A stretch of 64,000 nt of DNA, taken from sequence record MN850590.1, one strand, 5' to 3'. Below are positions 18,475-29,351 of the stretch, in pieces. How positions within the stretch are numbered: position 1 is the stretch's first letter; each line of letters begins with the position of its first letter. The stretch comes from Escherichia phage moha. The position numbers and the translations under genes were made by a program. The notes below the pieces were generated by a model. The model saw only the letters and a program-made list of their open reading frames with translations, was not told the DNA's origin and searched no databases.

Positions 18475-18504
18475 GTTTACATCACGGTAGGATTATGGTA
18501 TAGT
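18475..18504 (+). promoter_or_regulatory. T4-type early promoter
   Basis: GTTTACA, 18 bp spacer, TATAGT. Confidence 0.55.
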
Positions 18505-18532
18505 AGTCCTACTGAAACATGAGGAACACAAA

Positions 18533-18733
18533 ATGGCTAAGCTTTTTAAAGATGTTGAAATTGGTGAAAAATTTGTTCTGAATAATGGTCAGCAGCTTAT
18601 TCGTGTAGCTTCTATCGCCGGACAAACTCATAACTGTATCGCCCCAACGTGTTGGACTCGATTCTTTATTGAAGATGACACTGAATGTTTAACTGTTGAA
18701 GAGCTTTTTGAACGTTCTGATATGACCGAATAA
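18533..18733 (+). CDS. hypothetical protein
   Basis: 66 aa; GAGGA RBS. Confidence 0.45.
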   Translation: MAKLFKDVEIGEKFVLNNGQQLIRVASIAGQTHNCIAPTCWTRFFIEDDTECLTVEELFERSDMTE

Positions 18734-18735
18734 AA

Positions 18736-18765
18736 TTGTACAAACTCTTGAGAGCAGAGTATAAT
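18736..18765 (+). promoter_or_regulatory. T4-type early promoter
   Basis: TTGTACA, TATAAT flanked by palindrome gagagca/tgctctc. Confidence 0.6.
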
Positions 18766-18809
18766 GCTCTCATGGATTACAAAAACATTAATCAATTGAG
18801 GAAATTAGC

Positions 18810-19256
18810 ATGTCCAAATATTTAACTCGTAAAGACCTTCTGGCAGTTGGCGGTGAAGTTGTTGCAGTAGTTCGTAATGGCGAATACGGTTCTGAAGTTT
18901 CTAAAGAGTTTCGTTCTCGTGAAGGTTTTTACTTCTTCGTTAAAGGTTCATCTGATTGGCGACAAGTAGCAGCACGATTCTTTGTAGGACGTCAACGTTC
19001 TAAACAAGGGTTGGATGCAATTCTTTCTCACATTCGTCAAGGCCGTTCGCAACTAGCCCGTACCATGGGCACTAACAATATTGAATATGATGTAATCTTT
19101 GTTGCAGCTAAGAACATGAAACCACTGACCACTGGTTATGGTAAAGGTCAATTGGCTCTGGCATTCACTCGCAATCATACATCAGAATATCAAACACTCA
19201 CCGAAATGAACCGTCTTCTGGCCGATAATTTCAAATTCATTCTGCAGAGTTACTAA
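18810..19256 (+). CDS. ndd: Ndd nucleoid disruption protein
   Basis: 148 aa; C-terminal [20 protein letters not shown]...[11 protein letters not shown] matches T4 Ndd as remembered. Confidence 0.85.
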   Translation: MSKYLTRKDLLAVGGEVVAVVRNGEYGSEVSKEFRSREGFYFFVKGSSDWRQVAARFFVGRQRSKQGLDAILSHIRQGRSQLARTMGTNNIEYDVIFVAAKNMKPLTTGYGKGQLALAFTRNHTSEYQTLTEMNRLLADNFKFILQSY

Positions 19257-19308
19257 TTTATACGGACCTATTAAGTTGGGCCTTTAATTTATTTTTGAGG
19301 TAATTAAA

Positions 19309-19455
19309 ATGGTAGCATGGATTATTGCATTGCTGTGTTGGTCGTTTTTATTCGTTAACACTTTAGTTACGGGCGAAACAACAGTATTTCAACAGGCCGT
19401 ATCACAAGGTACCTTAGCGGTCTTAGCTCTTATTAACGTGTTAAAAGGCGAGTAA
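19309..19455 (+). CDS. small hydrophobic membrane peptide (ac-like position)
   Basis: 48 codons, single predicted TM helix; below ORF-track cutoff. Confidence 0.35.
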   Translation: MVAWIIALLCWSFLFVNTLVTGETTVFQQAVSQGTLAVLALINVLKGE

Positions 19456-19595
19456 TGATTAAGAAAATCTTAGCAGGAGCCTTCGGGCTCTTGTTGTTGC
19501 TTACGGTTCTGTACTACGGTGTGATGTTTGGACTAATCCAAGTAGTGCTTTTCATTTCAGATGTTATAATGGTTATTCGTTCATTAATATGGTGA
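19455..19595 (+). CDS. small hydrophobic membrane peptide
   Basis: 46 codons; TAATG overlap; ends 4 nt before gene 52. Confidence 0.3.
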   Translation: MIKKILAGAFGLLLLLTVLYYGVMFGLIQVVLFISDVIMVIRSLIW

Positions 19596-19599
19596 AAAT

Positions 19600-20925
19600 A
19601 TGCAATTGAATTCTCGTAATCTAAAAAGTATTATTGATAACGAAGCCTTAGCATATGCGATGTACACCGTTGAAAACCGTGCAATCCCAAACATGATTGA
19701 TGGATTTAAGCCGGTTCAACGTTTTGTGGTCCATCGTGCGTTAGATTTGGCTCGTGGTAATAAAGAAAAATTTCATAAACTTGCGTCAATTGCAGGCGGT
19801 GTTGCAGATTTAGGTTATCACCATGGTGAATCTTCTGCACAAGATGCAGGTGCATTGATGGCTAACACATGGAACAACAACTATCCACTGTTAGATGGCC
19901 AAGGCAACTTTGGTTCTAGAACAGTCCAAAAAGCTGCAGCATCTCGTTATATTTTTGCTCGTGTAAGTAAAAATTTCTATAACGTATATAAAGATACTGA
20001 ATATGCTCCAGCTCATGAAGATAAAGAACACATTCCACCAAAATTTTATCTTCCTATTATTCCGACAGTTCTTTTGAATGGCGTCTCTGGTATTGCAACC
20101 GGTTACGCAACAAATATTCTGCCTCATAGTTTTAAATCAGTCAAAAAGGCTGTATTACAAGCTCTTCAAGGTAAAAATGTCACTAAGCCAAAAGTTGAAT
20201 TCCCGGAATTCCATGGCGAAGTACATGAAGTTGATGGGCGTTATGAGATTCACGGAACATATAAGTTCACATCTCGCACTCAAATGCAGATAACTGAAAT
20301 CCCATATAAATTCGACCGTGAAACGTATGTGAGTAAGGTTCTTGACCCATTAGAAGATAAAGGTCTAATCTCATGGGAAGATGATTGTGGTGAACACGGC
20401 TTTGGGTTTAAGGTGAAGTTCCGTAAAGAGTACTCGCTTCCAGATGACGAAGAGCTACGTCATGAAAAAATCATGAAAGATTTTAGTCTCATCGAACGTC
20501 GTTCACAAAACATCACAGTGATTAATGAAAAGGGTAAATTAGCGGTCTACGATAATGTAGTAGACTTAATCAAAGATTTTGTTGAAGTCCGTAAGACTTA
20601 CGTTCAGAAACGTATTGACAACAAAATCCTTGAATCTGAAAAAGCATTTAAACTGGCTTTTGCTAAGGCGCACTTCATCAAAAAAGTTATCAACGGTGAA
20701 ATTGTGATTCAGGGCAAGACTCGTAAAGCTTTGACTGAAGAGCTAGCACAAATCGAAATGTATAAAGAACATGTCGATAAACTGGTAGGTCTTAACATCT
20801 TCCATATCACTTCCGACGAAGCACGTAAACTAGCAGAAGAAGCTAAAGCTAAGAAAGAAGAAAATGAGTATTGGAAGTCTACTGATGTTGTGACAGAGTA
20901 CACTAAAGACTTGGAGGCACTTTGA
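19600..20925 (+). CDS. 52: DNA topoisomerase II medium subunit (GyrA-like)
   Basis: GyrA-like N-terminus NMIDGFKPVQRFVVHRA; 441 aa. Confidence 0.9.
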   Translation: MQLNSRNLKSIIDNEALAYAMYTVENRAIPNMIDGFKPVQRFVVHRALDLARGNKEKFHKLASIAGGVADLGYHHGESSAQDAGALMANTWNNNYPLLDGQGNFGSRTVQKAAASRYIFARVSKNFYNVYKDTEYAPAHEDKEHIPPKFYLPIIPTVLLNGVSGIATGYATNILPHSFKSVKKAVLQALQGKNVTKPKVEFPEFHGEVHEVDGRYEIHGTYKFTSRTQMQITEIPYKFDRETYVSKVLDPLEDKGLISWEDDCGEHGFGFKVKFRKEYSLPDDEELRHEKIMKDFSLIERRSQNITVINEKGKLAVYDNVVDLIKDFVEVRKTYVQKRIDNKILESEKAFKLAFAKAHFIKKVINGEIVIQGKTRKALTEELAQIEMYKEHVDKLVGLNIFHITSDEARKLAEEAKAKKEENEYWKSTDVVTEYTKDLEAL

Positions 20926-21001
20926 GTGCCCTAGCCTTAGGATTTCTCGGTGCAATAGCTGTACTAGTGATTTGGCTGTATTGGTTGGACAAACATGATT
21001 A

Positions 21002-21023
21002 GGGAGCTTCGGCTCCTTTTTTG
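21002..21023 (+). terminator. intrinsic terminator
   Basis: ggagc-ttcg-gctcc then TTTTTT. Confidence 0.7.
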
Positions 21024-21043
21024 TGCATTTTTCTCACAAAACA

Positions 21044-21072
21044 GTTTACATGTGCTTCAAACATGATATTAT
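21044..21072 (+). promoter_or_regulatory. T4-type early promoter
   Basis: GTTTACA, 17 bp spacer, TATTAT; upstream of motA. Confidence 0.6.
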
Positions 21073-21111
21073 AGACCTATCAAAACAAAACAACCAAATT
21101 GGAGAAATAAA

Positions 21112-21744
21112 ATGTCTAAAGTTACTTACATCATCAAAGCTTCTGAAAACGCTCTGAATGAAAAAACTGCTGCAATAATGGTTTATATCATTAAGAACAA
21201 CTTCACCACTGCTGCCAATGTCCGTGAAGCTCTGGAAGCGGAATACAATGCATCAGTTGTTAACTCTAACATTGGTGTATTGATTAAGAAAGGTTTAGTC
21301 GAAAAATCCGGTGATGGACTTATAGCAACAGGCGAAGCAATGGATATTATCCAAAAAGCTGCAGACCTATTTGCTCAAGAAAATGCTCCAGAACTTCTTC
21401 AGAAACGTAACACCAGAAAAGCACGTGGAGTTACTCCTGAAATGCATGAACTAGCAAACTTTGTTTTTGAAAATATTAAAGATAAAGTTGAAGTTAAAGA
21501 AATTGGTGAAAACCGTAGTAACTTAGAAGTTCGATTTGCAAAACGAGTTCTAGGTATTCGTCAGATCGAAATTCGTCGAGATGGCGCTCTTAGAATCTTT
21601 GCATACAACATGTCAGAAACTGAATCAAAACTGTTTACTTCTCTTGAAAATGATGTTAAGATTAAGATCGGTGGTAAATATACTTACATTGACTTCCCTA
21701 ATGTGTCCAAAGAAATCATTACCCTTGTAACTAACGTACTGTGA
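21112..21744 (+). CDS. motA: MotA middle-transcription activator
   Basis: 210 aa; N-terminus MSKVTYIIKAS...VNSNIGVLIKKGLVEKSGDGLI matches T4 MotA as remembered. Confidence 0.9.
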   Translation: MSKVTYIIKASENALNEKTAAIMVYIIKNNFTTAANVREALEAEYNASVVNSNIGVLIKKGLVEKSGDGLIATGEAMDIIQKAADLFAQENAPELLQKRNTRKARGVTPEMHELANFVFENIKDKVEVKEIGENRSNLEVRFAKRVLGIRQIEIRRDGALRIFAYNMSETESKLFTSLENDVKIKIGGKYTYIDFPNVSKEIITLVTNVL

Positions 21745-21754
21745 GGAATACATA

Positions 21755-22084
21755 ATGAATAAGCTGAATATTATTAACGAACTTCGTAAATGTGCAGAAC
21801 CTACTCAGGAAGGATGGGATATTTGGTACCACGGGGCTTATTTAGGGACAATTGTAAAGATTAAAGCAGGCCAATATACGGTTATTCGTGAAAATAATGA
21901 CGCGCCATTTGGCCTTCGTAAAAACTACATGGCCGCGATCAGTTCATTTGTTGATGCAGCTTATGAAATCTATAAAGAAGATTATAAAGAATATCAGCAG
22001 TCACAACCGGTTATTCGTTCAATTGGTGTTAACAAAGCTCAGCAGAAAACTTTGTGGCAACGTATTAAAGGATGGTTTAAATGA
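21755..22084 (+). CDS. hypothetical protein
   Basis: 109 aa. Confidence 0.5.
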   Translation: MNKLNIINELRKCAEPTQEGWDIWYHGAYLGTIVKIKAGQYTVIRENNDAPFGLRKNYMAAISSFVDAAYEIYKEDYKEYQQSQPVIRSIGVNKAQQKTLWQRIKGWFK

Positions 22085-22542
22085 AAACTTTTAAAGAACG
22101 TTTAGCTCTGTTAGATAAAGCTTTGTCGCGTGAGACTCCGGAAAGTCTGGCTGCTAAATTAGCTTCTTACGGTGGTGAATATACAGAACAAAATGTTTTA
22201 GATGAAGTTCCTGAAATCTGTTGGCAGACTCTGTATTGGGATGAAAACCAAAAGTATCAACGACGAATTGTCTGCGCAGCCAACCGTTTTAAATTAAAAG
22301 ATGGACGAACTCTTATTATTCCAGGTGCTCGTCATTATTCTAAAGATATGGCAGAAGTTTTAGATGTAGTTAAACCTCAATTAGTTACTCAACAAGTTTG
22401 TGATGATGACCAAGGGTTTATTGACCAGTATAGTAATTATTGGACACGTGAAGAAGCAATGATTATTGCAACTTACGCTGGACAAGTACGTATTGAACGT
22501 GGTGGTAATGAAAAAGAACTTTACTCTGAGGACCTTTACTAA
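22081..22542 (+). CDS. hypothetical protein
   Basis: 153 aa; ATGA overlap. Confidence 0.5.
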   Translation: MKTFKERLALLDKALSRETPESLAAKLASYGGEYTEQNVLDEVPEICWQTLYWDENQKYQRRIVCAANRFKLKDGRTLIIPGARHYSKDMAEVLDVVKPQLVTQQVCDDDQGFIDQYSNYWTREEAMIIATYAGQVRIERGGNEKELYSEDLY

Positions 22543-22823
22543 TGAATCTTAAACAACTCCAGATTGATGCTATTGAAGCCCACATTAATCATATCAAACG
22601 CCTGAATGCTATGATGGAAGAAAATTATGGTATGTATGCTAATCAGCCTGGTTGGGATGCTTTAGACCATCCTTATTTGGTTAATTTATGTAAAGGTGAT
22701 ACGTTAGCAATTATTCGTGATGGGTTAAAACCTTTCTTGCGCGACATGTATATTAAAATGAACGAAGAAATTATTAGCTCGTTTCAATATCAATTAAGGA
22801 AATTAGACGATGAGAATAATTGA
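22542..22823 (+). CDS. hypothetical protein
   Basis: 93 aa; TAATG overlap. Confidence 0.5.
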   Translation: MNLKQLQIDAIEAHINHIKRLNAMMEENYGMYANQPGWDALDHPYLVNLCKGDTLAIIRDGLKPFLRDMYIKMNEEIISSFQYQLRKLDDENN

Positions 22824-23034
22824 TTCTAAAGCAGATTATTTTAATTCTGTTAATGATAAGAATAAAGCTTTAATTCGTCACTTTATTACTGAGATGGGAT
22901 ATACTGACTCTAAAGATTTGAAAGAGCACATTATCGAATGTTCTGTGGCTAAAAAGTTTTCTTTCACAGACAAATGTTTAAATGAGGTTATAAATCATTA
23001 TGAACAATCTTGTAGCAAAACACGATTTCAATAA
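22810..23034 (+). CDS. hypothetical protein
   Basis: 74 aa. Confidence 0.4.
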   Translation: MRIIDSKADYFNSVNDKNKALIRHFITEMGYTDSKDLKEHIIECSVAKKFSFTDKCLNEVINHYEQSCSKTRFQ

Positions 23035-23108
23035 GGCTTCTGTCCATAAGGACAAAAAGAAATCAGAACTTCAATCTAAACGTAAACAAAAACATAAGGG
23101 TAAAGACT

Positions 23109-23408
23109 ATGCTTACTAAAATCAAAGAAAATCCTGCCACTGAACTTGTTATTCGATGTGAAGAACTTGCAGAGCTTTATCAGGTTAACCGAGAAGTGTG
23201 TCGTAGTGTTATCGTAGATATGGAAGATGAAGTCTGTTCTCGTATTCCTTTTAGTGTCGATTTCAATCACATGAAGCCCGGTGAAATCACTATCGTCTTT
23301 GGTTCTGACTATACTGAAGAACGGGCTCTTAACGTCCTAGAATATGAAATGTCGTTTTTCGACATACAGGACTATATTGATAGTTATAAGGAACGATATG
23401 AGTCATAA
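23109..23408 (+). CDS. hypothetical acidic protein (at the position of T4 arn)
   Basis: 99 aa, acidic; position upstream of asiA. Confidence 0.4.
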   Translation: MLTKIKENPATELVIRCEELAELYQVNREVCRSVIVDMEDEVCSRIPFSVDFNHMKPGEITIVFGSDYTEERALNVLEYEMSFFDIQDYIDSYKERYES

Positions 23409-23559
23409 TCTTCAGAACGTAGTAGAGGCCGAACGTGAGCGTGAGGCTTTAGTCTATAATGAACTATTAGTTCAATTCTTGGTCTTACACTCGTATGAAC
23501 AGGAAGACTATACCAATTACGTTAAAAGCGTAGAAAAAGCCGTTTACAATCAACACTGA
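23398..23559 (+). CDS. hypothetical protein
   Basis: first ATG in ORF-track 23344..23559. Confidence 0.35.
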   Translation: MSHNLQNVVEAEREREALVYNELLVQFLVLHSYEQEDYTNYVKSVEKAVYNQH

Positions 23560-23605
23560 TAATGGTACTATATCCATATCAACTAAGTGGAATGAATAAA
23601 ACGTT

Positions 23606-23878
23606 ATGAATAAAGATATTGAAATCGTACGTGAAATTATTACTATTGCTTCTATTTTGATTAAATTCTCTAGGGAAGATATTGTTGAAGACCGAGCAAG
23701 TTTCATCGGATTCTTGAATGAGATTGGAATTAAAAAAGATGGTCGGCAGCTAAATCAGAATTCGTTCAGAAAACTAATTACAAATTTAACTGCCGAAGAA
23801 AAGAAAACACTGATTAGTGAATTCAATGAAGGTTTTGAAAATATTTATCGTCATTTAGCGATGTATTCTAACAACTAA
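23606..23878 (+). CDS. asiA: AsiA anti-sigma-70 factor
   Basis: 90 aa; near-identical to T4 AsiA as remembered. Confidence 0.92.
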   Translation: MNKDIEIVREIITIASILIKFSREDIVEDRASFIGFLNEIGIKKDGRQLNQNSFRKLITNLTAEEKKTLISEFNEGFENIYRHLAMYSNN

Positions 23879-24538
23879 TTATTTAGCCCTTCCTAGTATT
23901 CGGACCGCTTGGTTGCATATAGCCGCTAAGCGATCTTCCTCAAGTATATTATTCCCCTTATACCAATACATCGTCACAGTTCCAGCATAGATGTTATCCA
24001 AATTAAAGTATGGACAACTATACATATAAGAAAGTTCGGCAGTCTTAGATTTTGTAGGCAAAAATGCAAATTCTGATTTAGATGAGAAATGACGGCCACT
24101 TAAATGAATTATATATTCATTGGCCGTTTTATCCACCGGGAATCCGCCAAGGGACTTTTCAGAAATTGTGCTAGGTAGTTTGCCTTCATAAGCTATAAGG
24201 TCGACAAAATAATTTAAGTTTTTAGGTCTGAAAGAATACACAGCACTAAAATCTGCACCAGATGAGATATGAACTATTTGCAGTTGTTCTAGAGCCGCAG
24301 ATTCAAAACGTAAAGCTCGTTCTTTTTGGATTATTTCAGTATAAGTATCATACTTAGCTCTTACATAATAATCCAGCAAAATACTTCCTTTGTACCATAT
24401 TAGTGCCATTAGGAACAAAAGAATAATTACCGCTACTCGGGACATTAAAACCTTTCCAGTAGCGTTATCTTTGAAAATACGATCTAGCAACCCAAATAGA
24501 ATATCACTAGGCGAAAATGACACTTTTGGTGTTGCCAT
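23879..24538 (-). CDS. t: holin T
   Basis: 219 aa; N-terminal TM region and overall sequence match T4 holin T as remembered. Confidence 0.92.
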   Translation of the reverse strand: MATPKVSFSPSDILFGLLDRIFKDNATGKVLMSRVAVIILLFLMALIWYKGSILLDYYVRAKYDTYTEIIQKERALRFESAALEQLQIVHISSGADFSAVYSFRPKNLNYFVDLIAYEGKLPSTISEKSLGGFPVDKTANEYIIHLSGRHFSSKSEFAFLPTKSKTAELSYMYSCPYFNLDNIYAGTVTMYWYKGNNILEEDRLAAICNQAVRILGRAK

Positions 24539-24547
24539 AATACCTCC

Positions 24548-25099
24548 TTACTTAAAGATATTTATAATCGCTTTGATAATAGATTTGTTTTCAAGGTCAG
24601 GGAATTTAGGGAATTCACCGCCAAGATGTTCATGTTTTTCTAAAAGGGCAAAGAATTTTTTGAGCTCTTTAAATTTTCGTTTTTCTTCTCTATTAGCAAC
24701 CTCTGCGTCAATAAGAGAACTTAAAACACTGAATAATTTATAGAGTTCATGAATTTTCTTATCACGTTGAACTACGCGTTTATATGCTTCATCTTCCTTC
24801 CACCCGTCACCGGTCCAAATGTCAAATTCACCAGGTTCTTCTGTAGTAACATTTTGAAGAGCACCTGGAGTGTCAATAACAATTTTTTGCTTATCATAAG
24901 TCCATACTGTTTTTCCACGATGGTCTTCAACATACACCCATTCTTGTTCGCGTTCATCAAATAAAACAGCATAGCCTTCTTTAGGGTCTAAAGGTTTTTT
25001 AGATGTCGAGTGAGCTGGAAGACCCATACCTTTAATCGGTTTGTAATTTTCTTCTTTGTAAAATTCTTTAGTGTCAAAATAATAATGATATATTTTCAT
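24548..25099 (-). CDS. 38: gp38 long tail fibre assembly chaperone
   Basis: 183 aa, same length as T4 gp38; immediately downstream of gene 37. Confidence 0.8.
   Translation of the reverse strand: MKIYHYYFDTKEFYKEENYKPIKGMGLPAHSTSKKPLDPKEGYAVLFDEREQEWVYVEDHRGKTVWTYDKQKIVIDTPGALQNVTTEEPGEFDIWTGDGWKEDEAYKRVVQRDKKIHELYKLFSVLSSLIDAEVANREEKRKFKELKKFFALLEKHEHLGGEFPKFPDLENKSIIKAIINIFK
24559..24566 (-). promoter_or_regulatory. late promoter TATAAATA for holin t
   Basis: minus strand reads TATAAATA inside the 3' end of gene 38, about 20 nt upstream of the t RBS. Confidence 0.5.
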
Positions 25100-25104
25100 A
25101 TTTA

Positions 25105-25120
25105 GAAGGGGCCGAAGCCC
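25105..25120 (-). other. UUCG tetraloop RNA hairpin between genes 37 and 38
   Basis: aggggc-cgaa-gcccct on plus strand; no T-run. Confidence 0.5.
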
Positions 25121-25126
25121 CTCTCC

Positions 25127-28100
25127 TTATGCTAAACGAACGATATAGTTAAAAGCAACGTTTTTAACTGTGTTTTCTGTATTTCCTGTGGCATTTACAG
25201 TTATTGTATGTCCATGGGAACCAATCGCTACCGAATGAGAGTGGGCACCAATACCTACAGTATGTGTATGGGCACCGATACCCACAGTATGAGCATGGTT
25301 ACCTGTGGTACTTGTAGTTCCTGACCAACTATGGGTGTGGGCACCATCTGAAGAAGTTTTGGCCATATTCGACGATGCAGTAGCACCGCTCACGGTTGCA
25401 GTGAATTTAGCGTTGCCGTTTGGACCCGCACTATTGTATCCATCATAGAATATGCTAGTGGGTATGCCGCCTTGTACCTGAGGACCTGAACGCGCGTGTT
25501 GGTGCGCACCAGCGGAACTAGTATTACCACTCACTGTATGGCTATGGTTGCCAGTGGTATTACTGGTCTTAGTACCATAATCAAAGCTTGAAGTCGTTTT
25601 GCTACCGTAATCAAAACTAGAAGTGGTCTTAGTACCCAAATCTGTGCTTGATGCACTTGCACTATGGCTATGTGACTTAACACCGTCTGCTTCTGTACTC
25701 AATACATCACGCCCAGATGGTTTACCCTTAATAGTTTGCCCACGCATATCAGGAATAGTACCTGTTGGATACGCTGCCGCTAGTTTAGGATATGCAGACT
25801 TATCAAAGGTTTGACCTTCCATTAAAGCGAACCCGGCTGGAACTGAATCACTTGGCCATGGAATCGGAGCACCGACTGGATAAGGTATTTGAGCATCAGA
25901 ATACATCATATACACTTGACCAACGAGATGACCAGCGGGTAATTCTGTTACTGGTGTTTGATATCCACCATTAAGTCCAATTACCGAAATATAACGGGTA
26001 TTTTCTGTGGCGTCATATTCAACTATAAGTTTGTCTGCATAAGTCCCAGCATACAGATAAACGTCATAATCATCACCGGAGGTATTAATTGTTGCTATAT
26101 TAGTAAATCCATTACCCGTGCGCCCCCATAAAGTGGCGTTAATACCTTTAGGATTGTTATTACTGGTACGAAGAACTACTTCAGTAATTGTAGCCTGTTC
26201 TGGTGAATTGGCATTATATCCATTACCACCTATAATCTTAAATTGGACGGTAGAAACTGATTGTGGCATAGTTACAGTAGCAAATTTATACCATCCTGCA
26301 GTTGAACTACCGGACCAAGTTCCGACCTTAACTCTACGTTCTAAAGTTGTGTTCAGGTTAGCAAAATTACCAGAACCACCTGTGATGTTACCATCGGTTC
26401 CAATCTGGGTTGAACCTATTCTAAGAGGTTTAGCTATATCAACCGTATCAGAGTTTAATGCAATACCATGGGAGTAGGTGTAACTATGCATACGAACGAC
26501 GTTTCCGCCATCGCCAATACCCAAATACCATTTTGTGACATCTGCTTTACGTCCTTGGATGAAGTTAGAAGACTCTTGTGTTGGAGCATTTATTCTAATA
26601 GCATCTGATGCTGTATTTATTGTTATACGCTGACCTGCTGTAGTACCGGATGCTTCTACTTTAAATCTACCGCCACCGATATCTACATCATGATCCATGG
26701 AAACTTTACCATTACTTAATGCAATATAGAACGGACGTAAATTAGAAATACCACCTGTTTCACCAGCGTTCTGCGGAGTTGGAATAATATAAAGCTTATC
26801 TTCAGAACGACGGAAAATAGCACCATATTCGGCATTCCAAATTCTTAATGCATCTGCTGTTCCACCAAATTTAGCTTGTCCGTTTACAGATAATCCATTA
26901 TTTGCAACTAAACTTGATTCACTAACAATAGAACCGGCCGATATAATACCACCACCCACACGTAAAGCGCCGGAAATTCTAAATTGGAGAGAACCGACAG
27001 TTTCAGAACCTGTTGGAGCTAAACGTTGAGAATAAAAATGATAGCCCTGGCCGTCATACAATTCAAATACGGTTTCACGATTACCGGCAGTGGAGTCGAA
27101 TGCATTACCCCAAGCTTTCATAGTTAAATAACTTTTATTTTGTCCTGCACGGGACCCGGCATTCCACTGGATAGTTCTCGAGCCATCAACTTTGCTAGGG
27201 GCGCCAAATTTAAGTCCTGCAGTATTATTAGAACTATTTAAAAATAATTCGTTGTCCAATTTAACAGGTTGGATAGAAGAAATAGTGCCATCAGCATAAA
27301 ACTGTACATTATTAGAGCCAGTTACCAATTTCAAAATACCCGGGTTAATTTCCATACCTTCCTGTGTATTAATGTTGGTTTGGCCTTTACCACGGAAATA
27401 ATGGGAAAATTTACCGCCAGAATTATATCCAATGTGGGTTTGACCATCACCTGCATTGTTTGTATCAGCCTGGGTTTGAACCGATAAAAGCGCGGCGTTG
27501 ATTCCAGGCATGGTCCAGGTTCCGCCTTGGTCTTCTGAGCGTCCAAATAACGCTTTACGAGTACTACGGAAACTGTCAGGTGTAATAGAAGCAACAGAAT
27601 TCCAATTACCTACTAAATCATAAACGCCTTGCTTAATATATTTTAAACCAGTTGCAGCATCGCCCAAAGCAATATATCTTTCTCCCATTGGAGTAGGAGA
27701 GCCGTAGTTGTTAGTATTTTCGTCAGCAGTAATTGTGCCAATAGCAAGTGAACGACGTAATACCATTGCTCCATCATTACGAAGACCCATTAATTTAGTA
27801 GTAAGTGTATTTCCGGTCCACCAAGAAATTTCATCATTCTTACCAGTTTGAGCTGAAGCGATTTCATGGTAAATGGTTCCACCTGATTTAGCTCGAACTT
27901 TACGAAGATAGTTTATACCATTTTCTTCACCTGTTCCAGGATAAACATATTGAACTAATGACTGCGAATCGTATTGTCCAAATGCTTTTGTGTCTAAAAC
28001 AATGGTTTTCGTATTAACTTGTGGAGCAGAAACTATACCATTAGCGGAGTTAATATTGCCTGACGCAGAAATATTACCTTTGCTGACAAATAAATCACCA

Positions 28101-28618
28101 GTGTCAACTTGGAAATTACCATTACGATTAAAAGTCCAATATTTCGAATCCCCAGTTTCATCAATATAATGGAACTTAAAACTGCCTTCAGCAACCAATG
28201 TACCCGCTGAAAACGTACCATCTTTATAACGTTGCTTAATGAGTGGATGATATTCTGAAATAGAAGTAGTTGAACTTAAATCTGTAAAGATAGGAGCTTT
28301 ATTTAGGTGTTGATTTGCCCACGCGCCATTACCAGCTGTTTTAGGTAAAAATTCAATATATTTTCCTGCATAAACAAACTGATTTCCATTGAGATTATAT
28401 GTGCCGTTTTGTAAATAATCACCATTTTGAGTTACATTACCGTTAATATCCCCGCCCTTAGCAAAGCCTAGGCTAATAATATTACCGAGGTCATCTTTAG
28501 TAAAAAGAGTTCGATCTTTTAAGTTTATCGCTAATTCGCCTTCGGCTAATTGTGCTGCAGTAGGATTAACTCCTGCCACTTTGCTTCTTTTAAATTGTAT
28601 CTGTTTTAATGTAGCCAT
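25127..28618 (-). CDS. 37: gp37 long tail fibre distal subunit (receptor-recognising)
   Basis: 1163 aa; C-terminal His-x-His repeats and terminal [11 protein letters not shown]. Confidence 0.92.
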   Translation of the reverse strand: MATLKQIQFKRSKVAGVNPTAAQLAEGELAINLKDRTLFTKDDLGNIISLGFAKGGDINGNVTQNGDYLQNGTYNLNGNQFVYAGKYIEFLPKTAGNGAWANQHLNKAPIFTDLSSTTSISEYHPLIKQRYKDGTFSAGTLVAEGSFKFHYIDETGDSKYWTFNRNGNFQVDTGDLFVSKGNISASGNINSANGIVSAPQVNTKTIVLDTKAFGQYDSQSLVQYVYPGTGEENGINYLRKVRAKSGGTIYHEIASAQTGKNDEISWWTGNTLTTKLMGLRNDGAMVLRRSLAIGTITADENTNNYGSPTPMGERYIALGDAATGLKYIKQGVYDLVGNWNSVASITPDSFRSTRKALFGRSEDQGGTWTMPGINAALLSVQTQADTNNAGDGQTHIGYNSGGKFSHYFRGKGQTNINTQEGMEINPGILKLVTGSNNVQFYADGTISSIQPVKLDNELFLNSSNNTAGLKFGAPSKVDGSRTIQWNAGSRAGQNKSYLTMKAWGNAFDSTAGNRETVFELYDGQGYHFYSQRLAPTGSETVGSLQFRISGALRVGGGIISAGSIVSESSLVANNGLSVNGQAKFGGTADALRIWNAEYGAIFRRSEDKLYIIPTPQNAGETGGISNLRPFYIALSNGKVSMDHDVDIGGGRFKVEASGTTAGQRITINTASDAIRINAPTQESSNFIQGRKADVTKWYLGIGDGGNVVRMHSYTYSHGIALNSDTVDIAKPLRIGSTQIGTDGNITGGSGNFANLNTTLERRVKVGTWSGSSTAGWYKFATVTMPQSVSTVQFKIIGGNGYNANSPEQATITEVVLRTSNNNPKGINATLWGRTGNGFTNIATINTSGDDYDVYLYAGTYADKLIVEYDATENTRYISVIGLNGGYQTPVTELPAGHLVGQVYMMYSDAQIPYPVGAPIPWPSDSVPAGFALMEGQTFDKSAYPKLAAAYPTGTIPDMRGQTIKGKPSGRDVLSTEADGVKSHSHSASASSTDLGTKTTSSFDYGSKTTSSFDYGTKTSNTTGNHSHTVSGNTSSAGAHQHARSGPQVQGGIPTSIFYDGYNSAGPNGNAKFTATVSGATASSNMAKTSSDGAHTHSWSGTTSTTGNHAHTVGIGAHTHTVGIGAHSHSVAIGSHGHTITVNATGNTENTVKNVAFNYIVRLA

Positions 28619-28626
28619 AAGTCCTC

Positions 28627-29289
28627 TTAATAATAGCCGAAATCTTGAACAGAATCTTTAATTACAATCTGGTCGAAACGAGGAACATGATTAGCCTCAG
28701 ACGCCGGATTCTGTGAGAAAAAGTTTGGTGCTGTTAAAGTACCAGTCATGGTATCGCCTTTACGCAATACACGAGAATTTGCGTTATCCGTAACAATATT
28801 TATTCGTCCATCAACATAATCTTTTCTTGTGAGATCATTTGCTGCAACCGGAGCAGTAGCGTTAGAACGGACAGGACCAATTGCATAAAAACCGCCCTTA
28901 GTGCTGATATCACCGGTACGAGCGTTAATTACAACAGTTCGGTCTGCTGAACCTTGTGATGACTTAAAACCAATACCATTCCACGAAACGATGTCAATAT
29001 TTGCCATATCAAAAGTAGCTGCATCACCGTTACCTGGATAAACACCACACTGTTGACTACTACCTACAGTAGGAACATGTACTCCTCCATTAAATCGAAC
29101 AGTTGCAGCGTAAGTACCACCATTAGCTTTAGAAACGAAATCGTTATCAGCCGCTTGTGGTTTATTATATTCTGAATAGAGTTTAAACGTTTTATACAGG
29201 ACGTCATCACCTGCTGGCATTAAAGGGAAATTACCTTGATGCCATATGACAGCACCGCCAGTTGTACTACCAGCTTTTAAATCGGCCAT
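28627..29289 (-). CDS. 36: gp36 long tail fibre small distal subunit
   Basis: 220 aa; between 35 and 37. Confidence 0.8.
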   Translation of the reverse strand: MADLKAGSTTGGAVIWHQGNFPLMPAGDDVLYKTFKLYSEYNKPQAADNDFVSKANGGTYAATVRFNGGVHVPTVGSSQQCGVYPGNGDAATFDMANIDIVSWNGIGFKSSQGSADRTVVINARTGDISTKGGFYAIGPVRSNATAPVAANDLTRKDYVDGRINIVTDNANSRVLRKGDTMTGTLTAPNFFSQNPASEANHVPRFDQIVIKDSVQDFGYY

Positions 29290-29313
29290 AGTTGTCTCCT
29301 TATATGTATACCA

Positions 29314-29321
29314 TATTTATA
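29314..29321 (-). promoter_or_regulatory. late promoter TATAAATA for gene 36
   Basis: minus strand TATAAATA followed by AAGGAGA RBS and ATG. Confidence 0.55.
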
Positions 29322-29322
29322 C

Positions 29323-29346
29323 AAAAATGGGAGACCGAAGTCTCCC
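29323..29346 (-). terminator. hairpin (UUCG loop) after gene 35, putative terminator
   Basis: gggagac-cgaag-tctccc. Confidence 0.45.
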
Positions 29347-29351
29347 TAAAT

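Noticed and set aside
20921-21001. Possible 26-codon hydrophobic peptide from a TTG start just after gene 52 (Stp-like size)
   Set aside because: No ATG, no RBS, and it overlaps the terminator stem. The sequence does not resemble T4 Stp as I remember it.
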